This document shows, in pieces, positions 42,068 to 52,547 of a stretch of 64,000 nt of DNA (positions within the stretch are counted from its first letter, which is position 1; each line of letters opens with the position of its first letter). The notes under the pieces are model-generated. The model was not told the DNA's origin. It searched no databases and worked only from the letters and a program-made list of their open reading frames with translations. The position numbers and the translations under genes were made by a program. Source of the DNA: Eledone cirrhosa (lineage: Eukaryota); NCBI GenBank assembly GCA_964016885.1, contig OZ024749.1:36580001-36644000 (forward strand). The letters are read 5' to 3'.

Positions 42068-42225
42068 ATAGGAAAAAGAAGTTGAAATGCAATTGGAGTC
42101 TTTAAGGAGGTATATTTACAATAATTTATAAGATTACCAGTTTCACAAGTTTCATGATTTTTGTAAGTTATTGTAAATAAACCTTCTTAAAGACTCCAAT
42201 TGCATTTTCAACTTCTTTTTCCTAT
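42068..42225. repeat. ~65-bp-arm imperfect palindrome (fold-back/MITE-like) next to (TA)n
   Basis: ataggaaaaagaagttgaaatgcaattggagtctttaag... and ...cttaaagactccaattgcattttcaacttctttttcctat. Confidence 0.8.
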
Positions 42226-42267
42226 GTTTACCTGTGTGGGATATATTTAAAATAAACCTTACTTTTG

Positions 42268-42298
<31 letters not shown>

Positions 42299-42357
42299 GT
42301 GTGTGCGTGTATGTATATGTGGGTGTATATGTGTATATATGTGTATATATATATATA

Positions 42358-42413
<56 letters not shown>

Positions 42414-42423
42414 CACATACATA

Positions 42424-42950
<527 letters not shown>

Positions 42951-43195
42951 TATGTAGAAAGGTTGCCAAAACTGGAACATATGTAAGAGAGATGTGATCC
43001 TGTCTGGTCTATCTGGGATAAAAGTAGTTCTTCGTAAGTACTGACTTGATCTGTAACGACATATCCAAACATTGCTAGCATGGGAAAACAGGTTTTAAAT
43101 TATATAAATGTGATTTTATAGTCCATAGCAAGATAGGTAAGAGACAGTTCAGAGTTTAATCCATATATATATATAATCTGTCTGTTGAACATAAA

Positions 43196-43438
43196 TATAA
43201 TAATAATAATAATGAAATTATTGTGTAAAGTGCTCAGGTGCACTACAACTCGTCAAAGGTGTATGTATAGTACATAGAATAATACACAAATGTCAGGGAA
43301 GTACATGTGTGTATGTGTTAGCTGTAGTGTTGGCGGATCTCGAGAAGCATGGAGGCCTTAAAGGATGCAGTGTCTCGACAGCTAACAACTGATGCAGGTA
43401 GTTTGTTCCATGCTTCAGCAACTCTGAGCGTGAAAAAA
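43196..43438 (-). mobile_element. CR1-clade LINE 3' end, unexpanded copy of the 30218-33135 family
   Basis: Same 3' UTR (agtgctcaggtgcactacaactc), one copy of the 61-bp segment, then cttcagcaactctgagcgtgaaaaaa. Confidence 0.85.
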
Positions 43439-43520
43439 TATGGATCATTTATCTATATCTATGTATTGTTTTTATGATGATGTGTGTGTGTTTGTTTATA
43501 TATCTATGCGTGTGTATGTA

Positions 43521-43561
<41 letters not shown>

Positions 43562-43733
43562 TGTAAAATCCCAACTGCAGTTCCAAGTCTGTGTGTTCAG
43601 CAAGCCTTTTCAAGGGTGTAGTCAGGATTTTACACATCTCTATACCCACTATGCATCTACCCATGCATTGAGTACTTCCATGATTAATGTGTGTGTGTCC
43701 CCGTCTCAACACCACAGACTGACTCTCTCTCTC

Positions 43734-43786
<53 letters not shown>

Positions 43787-43792
<6 letters not shown>

Positions 43793-43942
43793 AGAATTAG
43801 GACCCCGACGGCTGAGCTCTGGCCATTTCGACATCCGTCAGGGTCCTAATTCTTTTCATATTACCCACTCAACTACCCCAGGTATCGAGTGCACTAGTGC
43901 ATTATGGTCCACCTGGTATCTTACCACACTCTCTTTGTTATA
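43787..43942 (+). mobile_element. diverged copy of the palindrome-plus-tail element with shortened palindrome
   Basis: atgaaaagaattaggaccccgacgg...ccgtcagggtcctaattcttttcat plus homologous tail; (TA)n flanks. Confidence 0.8.
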
Positions 43943-44009
43943 TATATATGTATATATATATATATATATATATAATATAAGATCAAAAGATGGTTAAAAG
44001 AGTTCCAAG

Positions 44010-44080
44010 TATTTTATTATGCGCATTTCAAAAACAAATATCATCATGAGATGATATTTCCGTTTTCATCAGATAAAATA
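44010..44080 (-). ncRNA. minimal hammerhead motif, second copy of the 19839-20174 family (single arm, element ~43975-44280)
   Basis: Reverse strand reads tattttat-CTGATGA-stem II-GAAA-tgcgca-TA|ataaaata. Same downstream tail ctacaataaaactcacctcctaca at ~44257-44280. Confidence 0.75.
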
Positions 44081-44276
44081 GGGATACATGATATGAAGGT
44101 TAAAAAACACTTGTGAATAGTGAAGTTTTAAATCAACATATGAAAAATAATTTAAGATTGATGTGTGATATTGGGAAAAAAAGAGGGGGAGGGGGTTGGA
44201 AAGGGTAAGGAAGAGGAGGAGATGAGAGTAAAGAATGGTGGGGGAGGAGTATTGTGCTACAATAAAACTCACCTCC

Positions 44277-44309
<33 letters not shown>

Positions 44310-44314
<5 letters not shown>

Positions 44315-44530
44315 AACGCGTAGGACCCCGACGGCTGAGCTCAAGCTGTTTCGACGGCTAATTCTGGATTAAACTCTGGACTAAATTTAGTCCAGAATTA
44401 GCCGTCGAAACGGCTTGAGCTCAGCCGTCGGGGTCCTACTCGTTCCTATTACCCACTCTACTACCCTAAGTATTGAGTACTTTGGTGCGTTATGGTCCAC
44501 CTGGTTCCTTACCACATTTCCTTCGTTATA
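44310..44530 (+). mobile_element. palindrome-plus-tail element (half-hammerhead family) in (TA)n
   Basis: ~65-bp arms ataggaacg.gtaggaccccgacggctgagctcaagc.gtttcgacggctaattctgga and their reverse complement, then an 80-bp unique tail. The right arm has GAAAC-ggct-tgagctc-agcc-GTC. Confidence 0.85.
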
Positions 44531-44781
44531 TATATATATATATAATGTCATAAACAATACATACATATCTATGTAAATAATCCATTTCTATATATACACA
44601 CACAGCCATGTTCAACACACTCACACAAGCATACAAATATATATTATTGTATGTGAGTTTATAGTCATGTCTACAAATGAACACCACTACATCTCCCATT
44701 TTATCACCGTTAACGTGTCATCTGTCTCTGTCTCTCTCTAATTGCTCCTCCCTCTAATTGTTCCTCTCTTTCTAATTCCAG

Positions 44782-44958
44782 AGCTTTGTTTGACTATGAT
44801 CCCACTAAGGACAGTGGGTTGCCCAGTAAAGGTTTAGCATTTAAATACGGTGACATTTTACACGTCACTAATGCCAGTGATGATGAGTGGTGGCAAGCCA
44901 AACGTATCACCCCAGAAGGGGAAGAAGAAGGAATGGGGATCATCCCAAGTAAAAGACG
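44782..44958 (+). CDS. dlg1: dlg1 exon: SH3 domain
   Basis: ttccag|...|gtaaaa; 177 nt, phase 2 to 2, in frame with the previous exon. (R)[58 protein letters not shown](R) is the canonical DLG SH3. Confidence 0.97.
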
Positions 44959-45143
44959 GTAAAATATTCCTTTTCCTATTTTATTCTCTCATCTTGTTGT
45001 TGTCGTTGTTGTTTGTTGTTTGTTAGTGTCCTTACCATTGTTGTCATCAGAGTTCCATAAAAATATCCTCTTTTCTTCCCAATTAAAACATCGTCTATTT
45101 CATACTACTACTACTACTATTACTGAGTTCATCTAAACACTAT

Positions 45144-45176
<33 letters not shown>

Positions 45177-45212
45177 AACTACTACTCTCTTTGTGATGTT
45201 TCTGATCAACAG

Positions 45213-45276
45213 AGTCGAGCGAAAAGAACGGGCACGGTTGAAGATTGTCAAGTTTACTGGCAAAGGGAATGATAAG
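45213..45276 (+). CDS. dlg1: dlg1 exon: start of HOOK region
   Basis: caacag|...|gtaaga; 64 nt, phase 2 to 0. (R)VERKERARLKIVKFTGKGNDK matches DLG RVEKKERARLKTVKF. Confidence 0.95.
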
Positions 45277-45493
45277 GTAAGAAGAAGTGGCCTATATATA
45301 TATCATCATCATCATCATCATCATCATCATTTCCATTCAATGTCAATTTTTCCATGCTTGCATGGGTTAGATGGGTTGTCCACACTGGGGGGCAAGTTTG
45401 GCCAATGTTGGCCATGTGCTGCACCTTGCTCTGGCGAGGACTGTAAATTTGGCTGGACATTTTACTGCTGGATGCTCTTCCTAACACCAACCA

Positions 45494-45532
<39 letters not shown>

Positions 45533-45631
45533 AAGTTATATTTAAAATTGTTGGGTTACAACTAGTAAATATTTATAACTGATATAAAAGCACTCGACAA
45601 ATATTTGGAGTCTATAAAACTGTTTATATTG

Positions 45632-45697
45632 TATTTTGTCTGATGAAGGCATAACATATTGTTAATATGATATCCCCGAAATATATATAATGAAATA
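45632..45697 (+). ncRNA. minimal hammerhead motif (second copy of the 20675 family; element ~45529-45738)
   Basis: tattttgt-CTGATGA(45640)-aggcataacatatt gtt aatatgatatcccc-GAAA(45678)-tatata-TA|atgaaata. Flanks are homologous to 20486-20778. Confidence 0.65.
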
Positions 45698-45854
45698 AAT
45701 ATGGTTTTATAAATATAGTTTTCCATTTATTTAATATTGTATATATATATATATATATATACAAAATTAAATTAAGTGTGTCATGTCTGAGAGACATGCG
45801 CCATATCCACTATAGAATAAGCTCAAAGATTCCAATGAATAGATCCGAGCATTT

Positions 45855-46224
45855 TATATCAACTAGAAATTGATTGACATATATATATATATATCTAAAA
45901 TAAACACATGAAACAATCACAGGGAATAATTTGTAAAGTGTGGAAGCACACACAGCTAGGTAGGTAACTAATGGTATTTCAAATATTTTATATCTATATT
46001 TTCATTTGACCAAACTTCTCAAAGCATTCCTACAAACGATAAATGCATACATAGATTCACACACACATGATTAATCATTTTAAAAGGTATCTATATTTGA
46101 AGTTCTAGTTAAACTTTAATTAGTTACCTACCTAGCTGTGTGTGCTTGCACACTTTACACATTATCCCGTGATTGTTTCATGTGTTTATTTTAGATATAT
46201 GTCAATCAATTTCAAGTTGATATA
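45855..46224. mobile_element. MITE-like element with ~100-bp terminal inverted repeats
   Basis: 45855-45971 is the reverse complement of 46120-46224 (e.g. cacacacagctaggtaggtaactaa / ttagttacctacctagctgtgtgtg). Confidence 0.75.
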
Positions 46225-46630
46225 TCATCATCATCATCATCGTTTAACGTCCATGTTCCACGCTTGCATGGGTTTGGACGGGAGTTTTCCCACTTGAGGC
46301 AAGAGTGGTTGTCTTGCTCGCATAGGACTGTCTGGCGGGTTTTCTACAGCTGGATGCCCTTCCTAACACCAACCACATTTACAGTGTGGGACTGGGAGGT
46401 TTTTACCGTGTTGCCTACACGGCCACATTACAGCGTGGACTGTCTGGCGGGTTTTCTACAGCTGGATGCCCTTCCTAACACCAACCACATTTACAGTGTG
46501 GGACTGGGAGGTTTTTACCGTGTTGCCTACATGGCCACATTACAGCGTGGACTGTGTGTTTTTTGTTGTGACACCTACACGATCTCATTTGTTTCGGCCT
46601 GGATGTTGTGGCACCAACATAACTTTACAT
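46223..46630 (-). mobile_element. RTE-tail-bearing retroelement with an internal 112-bp tandem duplication (relatives at 15753-16010, 45303-45493)
   Basis: (cat)n-cgtttaacgtcc...gcatgggt...ctggatgcccttcctaacaccaacc; the block at 46325 is repeated at 46437. Confidence 0.7.
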
Positions 46631-46737
46631 TGAAAGGGGCGGGGTGGTGGGACGGGGGTGTATTTTGTTAGAGATGCCTACTGACTGTAGTAGGTTTTAT
46701 ATATATATATATATATATTCATACCTTCACACAAACA

Positions 46738-46923
46738 TACGAGAGTCGGCTGAACAATATACTCTCACGGAATGACAGATGAAGTTTCTTTTTCAACATA
46801 ATCCTTGGAAAGAAACAATGCAGTTATTAATAAGAAACTTTGAAATTAATGCCTGCAAGATTTCACAGCCCTAGCAGCAACTCCTTCATAGTCAGCCTAT
46901 GAACTTTTCAGTCGACCCTCGTG
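46738..46923. mobile_element. mariner-derived MITE
   Basis: TA-cgagagtcggctgaa ... ttcagtcgaccctcg-tg TIRs resembling mariner TACGAGGG...AAAAGT ends. Confidence 0.6.
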
Positions 46924-47511
46924 TATATAAATATACACATATACACAGACACACAGACACACACCATAATTGAACACTGTATACATTTGTTTTCATGTGT
47001 GTGTACATGTATGAATATGACTGCAAATATACATGTATGTGTGTACATCAATATATATGACTATGTAAGTATACATGTGTATGTACATGTATGTATATGA
47101 TTGTAAGTATACTTTTTGTGCGTGTGTTGTACATGTATGTATATTTATGTATTTGCCTGCTTGTATACACTCGTGTGTATATATGTGCACATGTATACAT
47201 GTGCATGTGTGTGTATATGTGTGTGTACATGTGTGTGATATCAAAGTGATATCAAGTTCAATGACTAAAACCAGTAAATATTTAAATTTCTTGAGACTGC
47301 CTGCTTTTGGTGGGTCATTGGGGGGGGGGGGGGAGTAAACACTAGTTGTGTATGTCAGTGACATTGCTAATGTATGATCAGCGGTGTGGTGTTGTGTGGG
47401 CGACAGCGGTGTGATGTTGTGTGGGCAACAGCGGTGTGATGTTGTATGGTCAGTGGTGTGGTGTGGTCAGCAGTGATGTTACCAATAATTTCTGTTGTTG
47501 ACCAATTGCAG

Positions 47512-47620
47512 GTGGCGGCGGCAAATGAGAAACGTAAAAGCAATTTCTCATTCTCTCGGAAGTTTCCATTTATGAAGAGCAAGGACCACAGTGGTAGTGA
47601 GGATGTAAGCGCTGATGAAC
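47512..47620 (+). CDS. dlg1: dlg1 exon: HOOK insert homologous to SAP97 I3 (protein 4.1-binding)
   Basis: ttgcag|...|gtaagt; 109 nt, phase 0 to 1. VAAANEKRKSNFSFSRKFPFMKSKDHSGSEDVSADE contains the conserved FSRKFPF motif. Confidence 0.93.
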
Positions 47621-47699
47621 GTAAGTTTGGGATTATTTGGGTACTTTGCTACCCTCTTTCTCTCTTATGTTCCCATCTCTCTCACATTAGTTACCTTCT

Positions 47700-48140
47700 C
47701 TCTTACATGTTACCCTCTTTCTCACATGTTACCCTCTTTCTCACATGTTACCCCCTTTCTCACATGTTACCCCCTTTCTCACATGTTACCCTCTTTCTCA
47801 CACTGCTACTCTCTTTCTACCATATATTACCCCCTTTCTCACATGTTACCCTATTTCTCACATGTTGCCCCCTTTCTCACATGTTACCCTCTTTCTCACA
47901 CTGCTACTCTCTTTCTACCATATATTACCCCCTTTCTCACATGTTACCCTATTTCTTACATGTTGCCCCCTTTCTCACATGTTACCCCCTTTCTCACATG
48001 TTACCTCCTTTCTCACATGTTACCTCCTTTCTCACATGTTACCTCCTTTCTCACATATTACCCTCTTACACTGCTACTCTCTTTCTACCATATATTACCC
48101 TCTTTCTACCATATATTACCCTCTATCTCATATTGTTACC
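47700..48140. repeat. 19-bp pyrimidine-rich tandem repeat downstream of the I3-like exon
   Basis: Unit ctcacatgttaccctcttt with variant blocks. Confidence 0.9.
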
Positions 48141-48354
48141 CTTTGTCTTACTTTTAGTAATTTCTTTCTGCTGTGTGGTACCCTCTTTCTCTCTCACAGA
48201 CAGGTGTGTGTGTGTGATGATGCATTGGTCCAACCCATGGGTAAAAATTGATGTAAAACTTTATGAAATTTGAATTAGCCAATATTGTTGATATTATCTC
48301 TATTATTGGCAGAACCCCTATAAAGAGTCTTCTAATCACAGTGATATCTTCAGT

Positions 48355-49160
48355 TAATTAAATCATTAGAACATTGGATAAAATGCTTTTTAGCTCTTGA
48401 AATTCTGAGTTCAAATCTCTGAGTTCAAATCTCTGAGTTCAAATCTCTGAGTTCAAATCTCTGAGTTCAAATCTCTGAGTTCAAATCTCTGAGTTCAAAT
48501 CTCTGAGTTCAAATCTCTGAGAGATCATTTTGGCCTTTCATCCTTCTGGGGTCAATAAAATAAAAAGTACCGGTCAAGTACTGACGTCACTTTAAATCTA
48601 CTTCTGCTCTTCTTCAAAATTGCTGGCCTTGTAACTAACTAGCCTAGTTACGTCCCTTTACGGTCTGAGTTCAAATCCCGTCAAGGTCAACTTTGCCTTT
48701 CATCCTTATGGAGTCGGTAAAATAAAGTACCAGTAATGTACTGGGTATTTTTTTCTGGCCTTCTGCCTAAAGTAGAAACAATTATTACTATTGTTAACCT
48801 CAAATCCTGCCAACGTTAACTTTGCCTTTTCCACCTTATGGGGTTGATAAAATAAAGTACCAGTAATGTACTGAGTAATTGCTGGCCTTGTGCCAAAAGT
48901 AGAAACAATTATTATTGTTATTGTTGCTAATAAGATGGTCTGACTGAATCGTTAGGGCATTAGTAAAAATGCTTTGCAATATTTCTTTTGAGTTCAAATC
49001 CAGTCGAGATCAACATTGCCTTTCATCCTTATGGGATGAGTAAAATAAAGTGCCAGTCAAATACTGGGGTTGATATAACTGACCCCCCCCCCCCTTTTAC
49101 ACATACATACACCCCACCCCAAAAAAATTGCTGGCTCTGTACTTAAATTAGATACTATTA
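48355..49160 (+). mobile_element. cluster of four copies of the second SINE family
   Basis: Repeated gcctttcatcctt...aaataaagtaccagt...ctggccttgtg blocks. Confidence 0.8.
48404..48520 (+). repeat. 8 tandem copies of a 14-bp SINE B-box segment
   Basis: (ctgagttcaaatct)x8 inside a SINE. Confidence 0.9.
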
Positions 49161-49263
49161 TGAATGTTGTTGTTGTTTTAATCTTTGAAAACCAATAATA
49201 CTATTTCTTTCTTTTATTTTCTACCCTTTTCTTCATGCTGCTGTTCCATTGTATGGATTACAG

Positions 49264-49266
49264 AAG
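49264..49266 (+). CDS. dlg1: candidate 3-nt dlg1 microexon (AAG)
   Basis: Long polypyrimidine tract, then catgctgctg...ggattacag|AAG|gtacgt. Phase 1-1, adds one residue. Confidence 0.6.
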
Positions 49267-49537
49267 GTACGTCCATTTAAGCCTTTACTAAAAGATCTTT
49301 TTTATTGATATTCTCTTCCTTAACAATTCTGCCACAATAAAACTAAATAAACCCTCCCTCTATCTATCTATATATCTATCTCTATATATATCTATATATA
49401 TATATATATATATATGGTAGTCATGGATGCAATTCAATTGAAGCACTCAACGTCCTGTTCTTCAAAATAAGAATAATGGAATATAATTAGAATGAGGAAA
49501 ATGAGTTGTTGTAGATGTTAAAGAGTCCTTTATGACA

Positions 49538-49862
49538 GCCATGATACATTTTTCAATGATGATCTTGCTCACTTGATTATTTAACCACTATCGTGATTTC
49601 ATCAGACAGCAAAATTGAGTAAAAGGTTTTGCTGTCTGATTCTTCTTCTTATCGTGTCCACAAGAATGTCAGCTACAAAGCTTGGCTAGATGTGGTTCTG
49701 CCACAGCTGAACACATTGCTGTCCTTTCTCATTAAACTTTGCCAAGTCCAATGCTGTGCAGGGGTGTTCCAGCAGGGGGCATATCAGTAGGTGCTGCTGT
49801 CTGATGAAATCACAATATTGGTTAAATAATCAAATGTCCAAGATGGTCATTGAAATATGTAT
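49538..49862. mobile_element. inverted-repeat element whose ~70-bp arms each carry a degenerate hammerhead motif
   Basis: 49544-49611 is the reverse complement of 49794-49862. The - strand arm reads gctgt-CTGATGA-...-GAAA-aatgta-TC|atggc; + strand CTGATGA at 49801. Confidence 0.55.
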
Positions 49863-50134
49863 CTATGTATATAGATAGTTACATAGATAGATAGATTATA
49901 GTACCTCTTGTTAAAATACCTGTTGCTTTAAGACTAAATTGATGATTGGAGTTACAGTAGTAGGCTATACTAATAACATTGGTAGTACTGTTAATATAGA
50001 CTACTTCTGTGGTTATAATACTAAGATATTTTAGTTAATGTATGATATCTTATAATCACTAAGAAGAATAATTAGGTTATAATTAATTAATTAATTAATT
50101 AATTACGTGCTGTAAAAATTGGCAGTGGGCCTGT

Positions 50135-50375
50135 GACTTGTCATGGAAGGGGTGGAATGGACACACAAAGATTGTGTATCCCGAGACCCCAAAGTGGGGT
50201 AGACCCAGAGCAAGATGGTTGGGTAACGGCCGTGAGCTTGGCTGGTCTCACTTGGGGGTCCAGCCGAATCTACTTGAGACGGCTTCTTCTGACAGGACCT
50301 GCTGGAAGGAGTATTTGAGGACTCTGCCCCCACAACCACTTTCAGGAATAAGTGGGCTAAGCGGAAGCAGGCCAT
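50135..50375 (+). mobile_element. RTE-clade (Rex3/Expander-like) LINE ORF C-terminal fragment
   Basis: GRPRARWLGNGRELGWSHLGVQPNLLETASSDRTCWKEYLRTLPPQP resembles the GRPRTRW...LAWERLG...R..W...L.LLPPRP terminus. Confidence 0.6.
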
Positions 50376-50832
50376 TTTAACCAACAGTGTCCCCAACTTC
50401 ACCTCTCCATAATGTATTGCTTTCTTCTGTCCCTAGGTTCAATTGTTCTGTATCATATGGGAGCAAACAACACATTTCTGCCTTAATACTCAACATCCTC
50501 TACCACTGCAATACTATTAACTCTTATCCTGTACCACATAAAACCACATTAGCAAGACATTGTAGAAAAAGTACAAAACCACTATGACTGCATCACATTA
50601 AATAATGAAGTCCAATACCGCACACAACAATCTGTTCACCAGTAAAGACACTGTAAACATAGGAATTAACAGACCCCTTTTTAGATATTTTCTGTTAAAT
50701 AATTACAGGATGTTAAGAGTTAAAGTAGAATCACTTTTGAGTTTGTGGCAACAGATGTAGTTAATCAGTCAAAGAGAAACTGAATTTCAAACATTAATTA
50801 ACATATATTAATATTAATTAAAAATAATCCAA

Positions 50833-51690
50833 GGGCAGTGGATTGGCAGTATCGGTAGAAGGTTGGATGCCATGCTTTGACGCATAGAGTTACGGCCCTT
50901 GCCATTCTGAGTTCAAATCCCGCCGAGGTTAACTTTGCCTTTCATCCTTACGGGGTCGATAAAATAAAGTACCAGTAATACACTGGGTAATTGCTGGCCT
51001 TATGCCAAAAGTAGAAACAATAAATATTAATTAAAAATAATCTTTTTTTTTAAATTTAAATGACTGAATTTTTTTAAAATAATTTTCTTTAATTCTGTTA
51101 ATATAATTAGAGTGTCGGACAAAATGCTTTGATGTATTTGTTATGGTTCTTTGTTTTGAGTTCAAATCCCACAGTGGTCAACTTTACCTTTTATCCCTGT
51201 GGGGGTCAATAAAATAAGCTACCAGTGAAATACTGGTTTAATATAATCAGCCATCACTAATCCCGAATTGCTGGGTTTAAGGCTAAGTTAGAAACCATTA
51301 TCATTATTATTATTATTATTATTAGGATGATGGATTGACTGTGTCAGTAGAACATCAGACACCATGCTTTGTAGCATGGAGTTATGGTCCTTTACGTTCT
51401 GAGTTCAAATCCCGCGGAGGTTAACTTTGCCTCTCATCCTTACGGGGTCGATAAAATAAAGTACCAGTAATACACTGGGATCGATTTAATCGATGTTCCT
51501 TTCCCCCCAAAAAAATTACTGGTATTGTGCCTAATGTAGAAACCATTATTATTTGGAGGTATATTGGCAGAATTAGTAGAGTTTCGAATATAACAAAATA
51601 CCGACAAAATACTAGGGTTGTTGATTCAGACAATTTTCCTCTACCCCAAAATTGCTGGTATTGTGTCTAAGTTAGAAACAATTAATATTA
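50833..51690 (+). mobile_element. cluster of second-family SINE copies (50833-51020, 51105-51300, 51325-51548, fragment to ~51690)
   Basis: Same A/B box head and body motif. Further + strand copies at 52560-52742, 56265-56457, 56461-56682 and 58527-58745. Confidence 0.8.
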
Positions 51691-51836
51691 CTACAATTAT
51701 TATTATTATTATTGTTGTTGTTGCTGTTGTTATTATTATTATCATTATTATTTATTTCTTTTTTTTTTTTTTTCTTTACCAATTTCTATTGCGCCAAATG
51801 CTAACCAATCTGATTTCTTGTTTTTTCTGCATGCAG

Positions 51837-51857
51837 AAGGCGATTGCCCCGGCCAAG
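51837..51857 (+). CDS. dlg1: candidate 21-nt dlg1 microexon ((E/Q)GDCPGQ)
   Basis: Branch point ctaac at 51801, then ttttttctgcatgcag|AAGGCGATTGCCCCGGCCAAG|gttttt. GC-rich island in an AT-rich intron, phase 1-1; the donor is weak. Confidence 0.55.
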
Positions 51858-52268
51858 GTTTTTACTCTGTTTGTTTCTAGATTATTGTCAAACCTGCTTC
51901 TTAGCCATGTGTTGTTGTACTCCGCTTCATGCTCACACCTTCCCCCCACCACTATCACTATCACCACTTACTTTTCAAATTTTAAATCACGCCACCACCA
52001 CTATCACCACCACCACCACTATCACCACTACCACCACTATCACCACATCTGCACCCTCACCACCACCACTATATCTGTTTTGTGTGTGTGTATGTGTGTG
52101 TGTGTGTGTGTGTATAAGAAGGAAGAGAAAGAGAGGAGGAAGAGGAAGGCTAAGATTCTGAGTCTGTTGTGTCTTAACAGTTCATATATTTAACAAAAGC
52201 CTTGTGAGTAACGTTTGGTAGAGCGAAACTGTGTAAAGCTGATCCTGCGTGAATGTGTACACATATAA

Positions 52269-52299
<31 letters not shown>

Positions 52300-52337
52300 T
52301 GTGTATATATATATATATATATAATATGTGTGTATAT

Positions 52338-52547
52338 ATAACGAAGGAAATGTGGTAAGGAACCAGGTGGACCATAACGCACCAAAGTACTCAATACTTA
52401 GGGTAGTAGAGTGGGTAATAGGAACGAGTAGGACCCCGACGGCTGAGCTCAAGCCGTTTCGACGGCTAATTCTGGACTAAAGATTTTAGTCCAGAATTAG
52501 CCGTCGAAACGGCTTGAGCTCAGCCGTCGGTCTCCTACTCGTTCCTA
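52338..52547 (-). mobile_element. palindrome-plus-tail element, inverted copy of 44310-44530
   Basis: Tail 52338-52420 is the exact reverse complement of 44448-44530. Same palindrome; (TA)n flanks. Confidence 0.85.

Noticed and set aside
48200-48203. cacag|ACAG|gtgtgt 4-nt microexon-like site
   Set aside because: Frame-shifting, and it sits at a junction between a pyrimidine repeat and (TG)n, so probably chance
52181-52203. aacag|23 nt|gtgagt exon-like segment
   Set aside because: Good splice sites, but 23 nt would shift the frame relative to the other phase 1-1 candidates and the pyrimidine tract is weak. It cannot be supported without RNA data.
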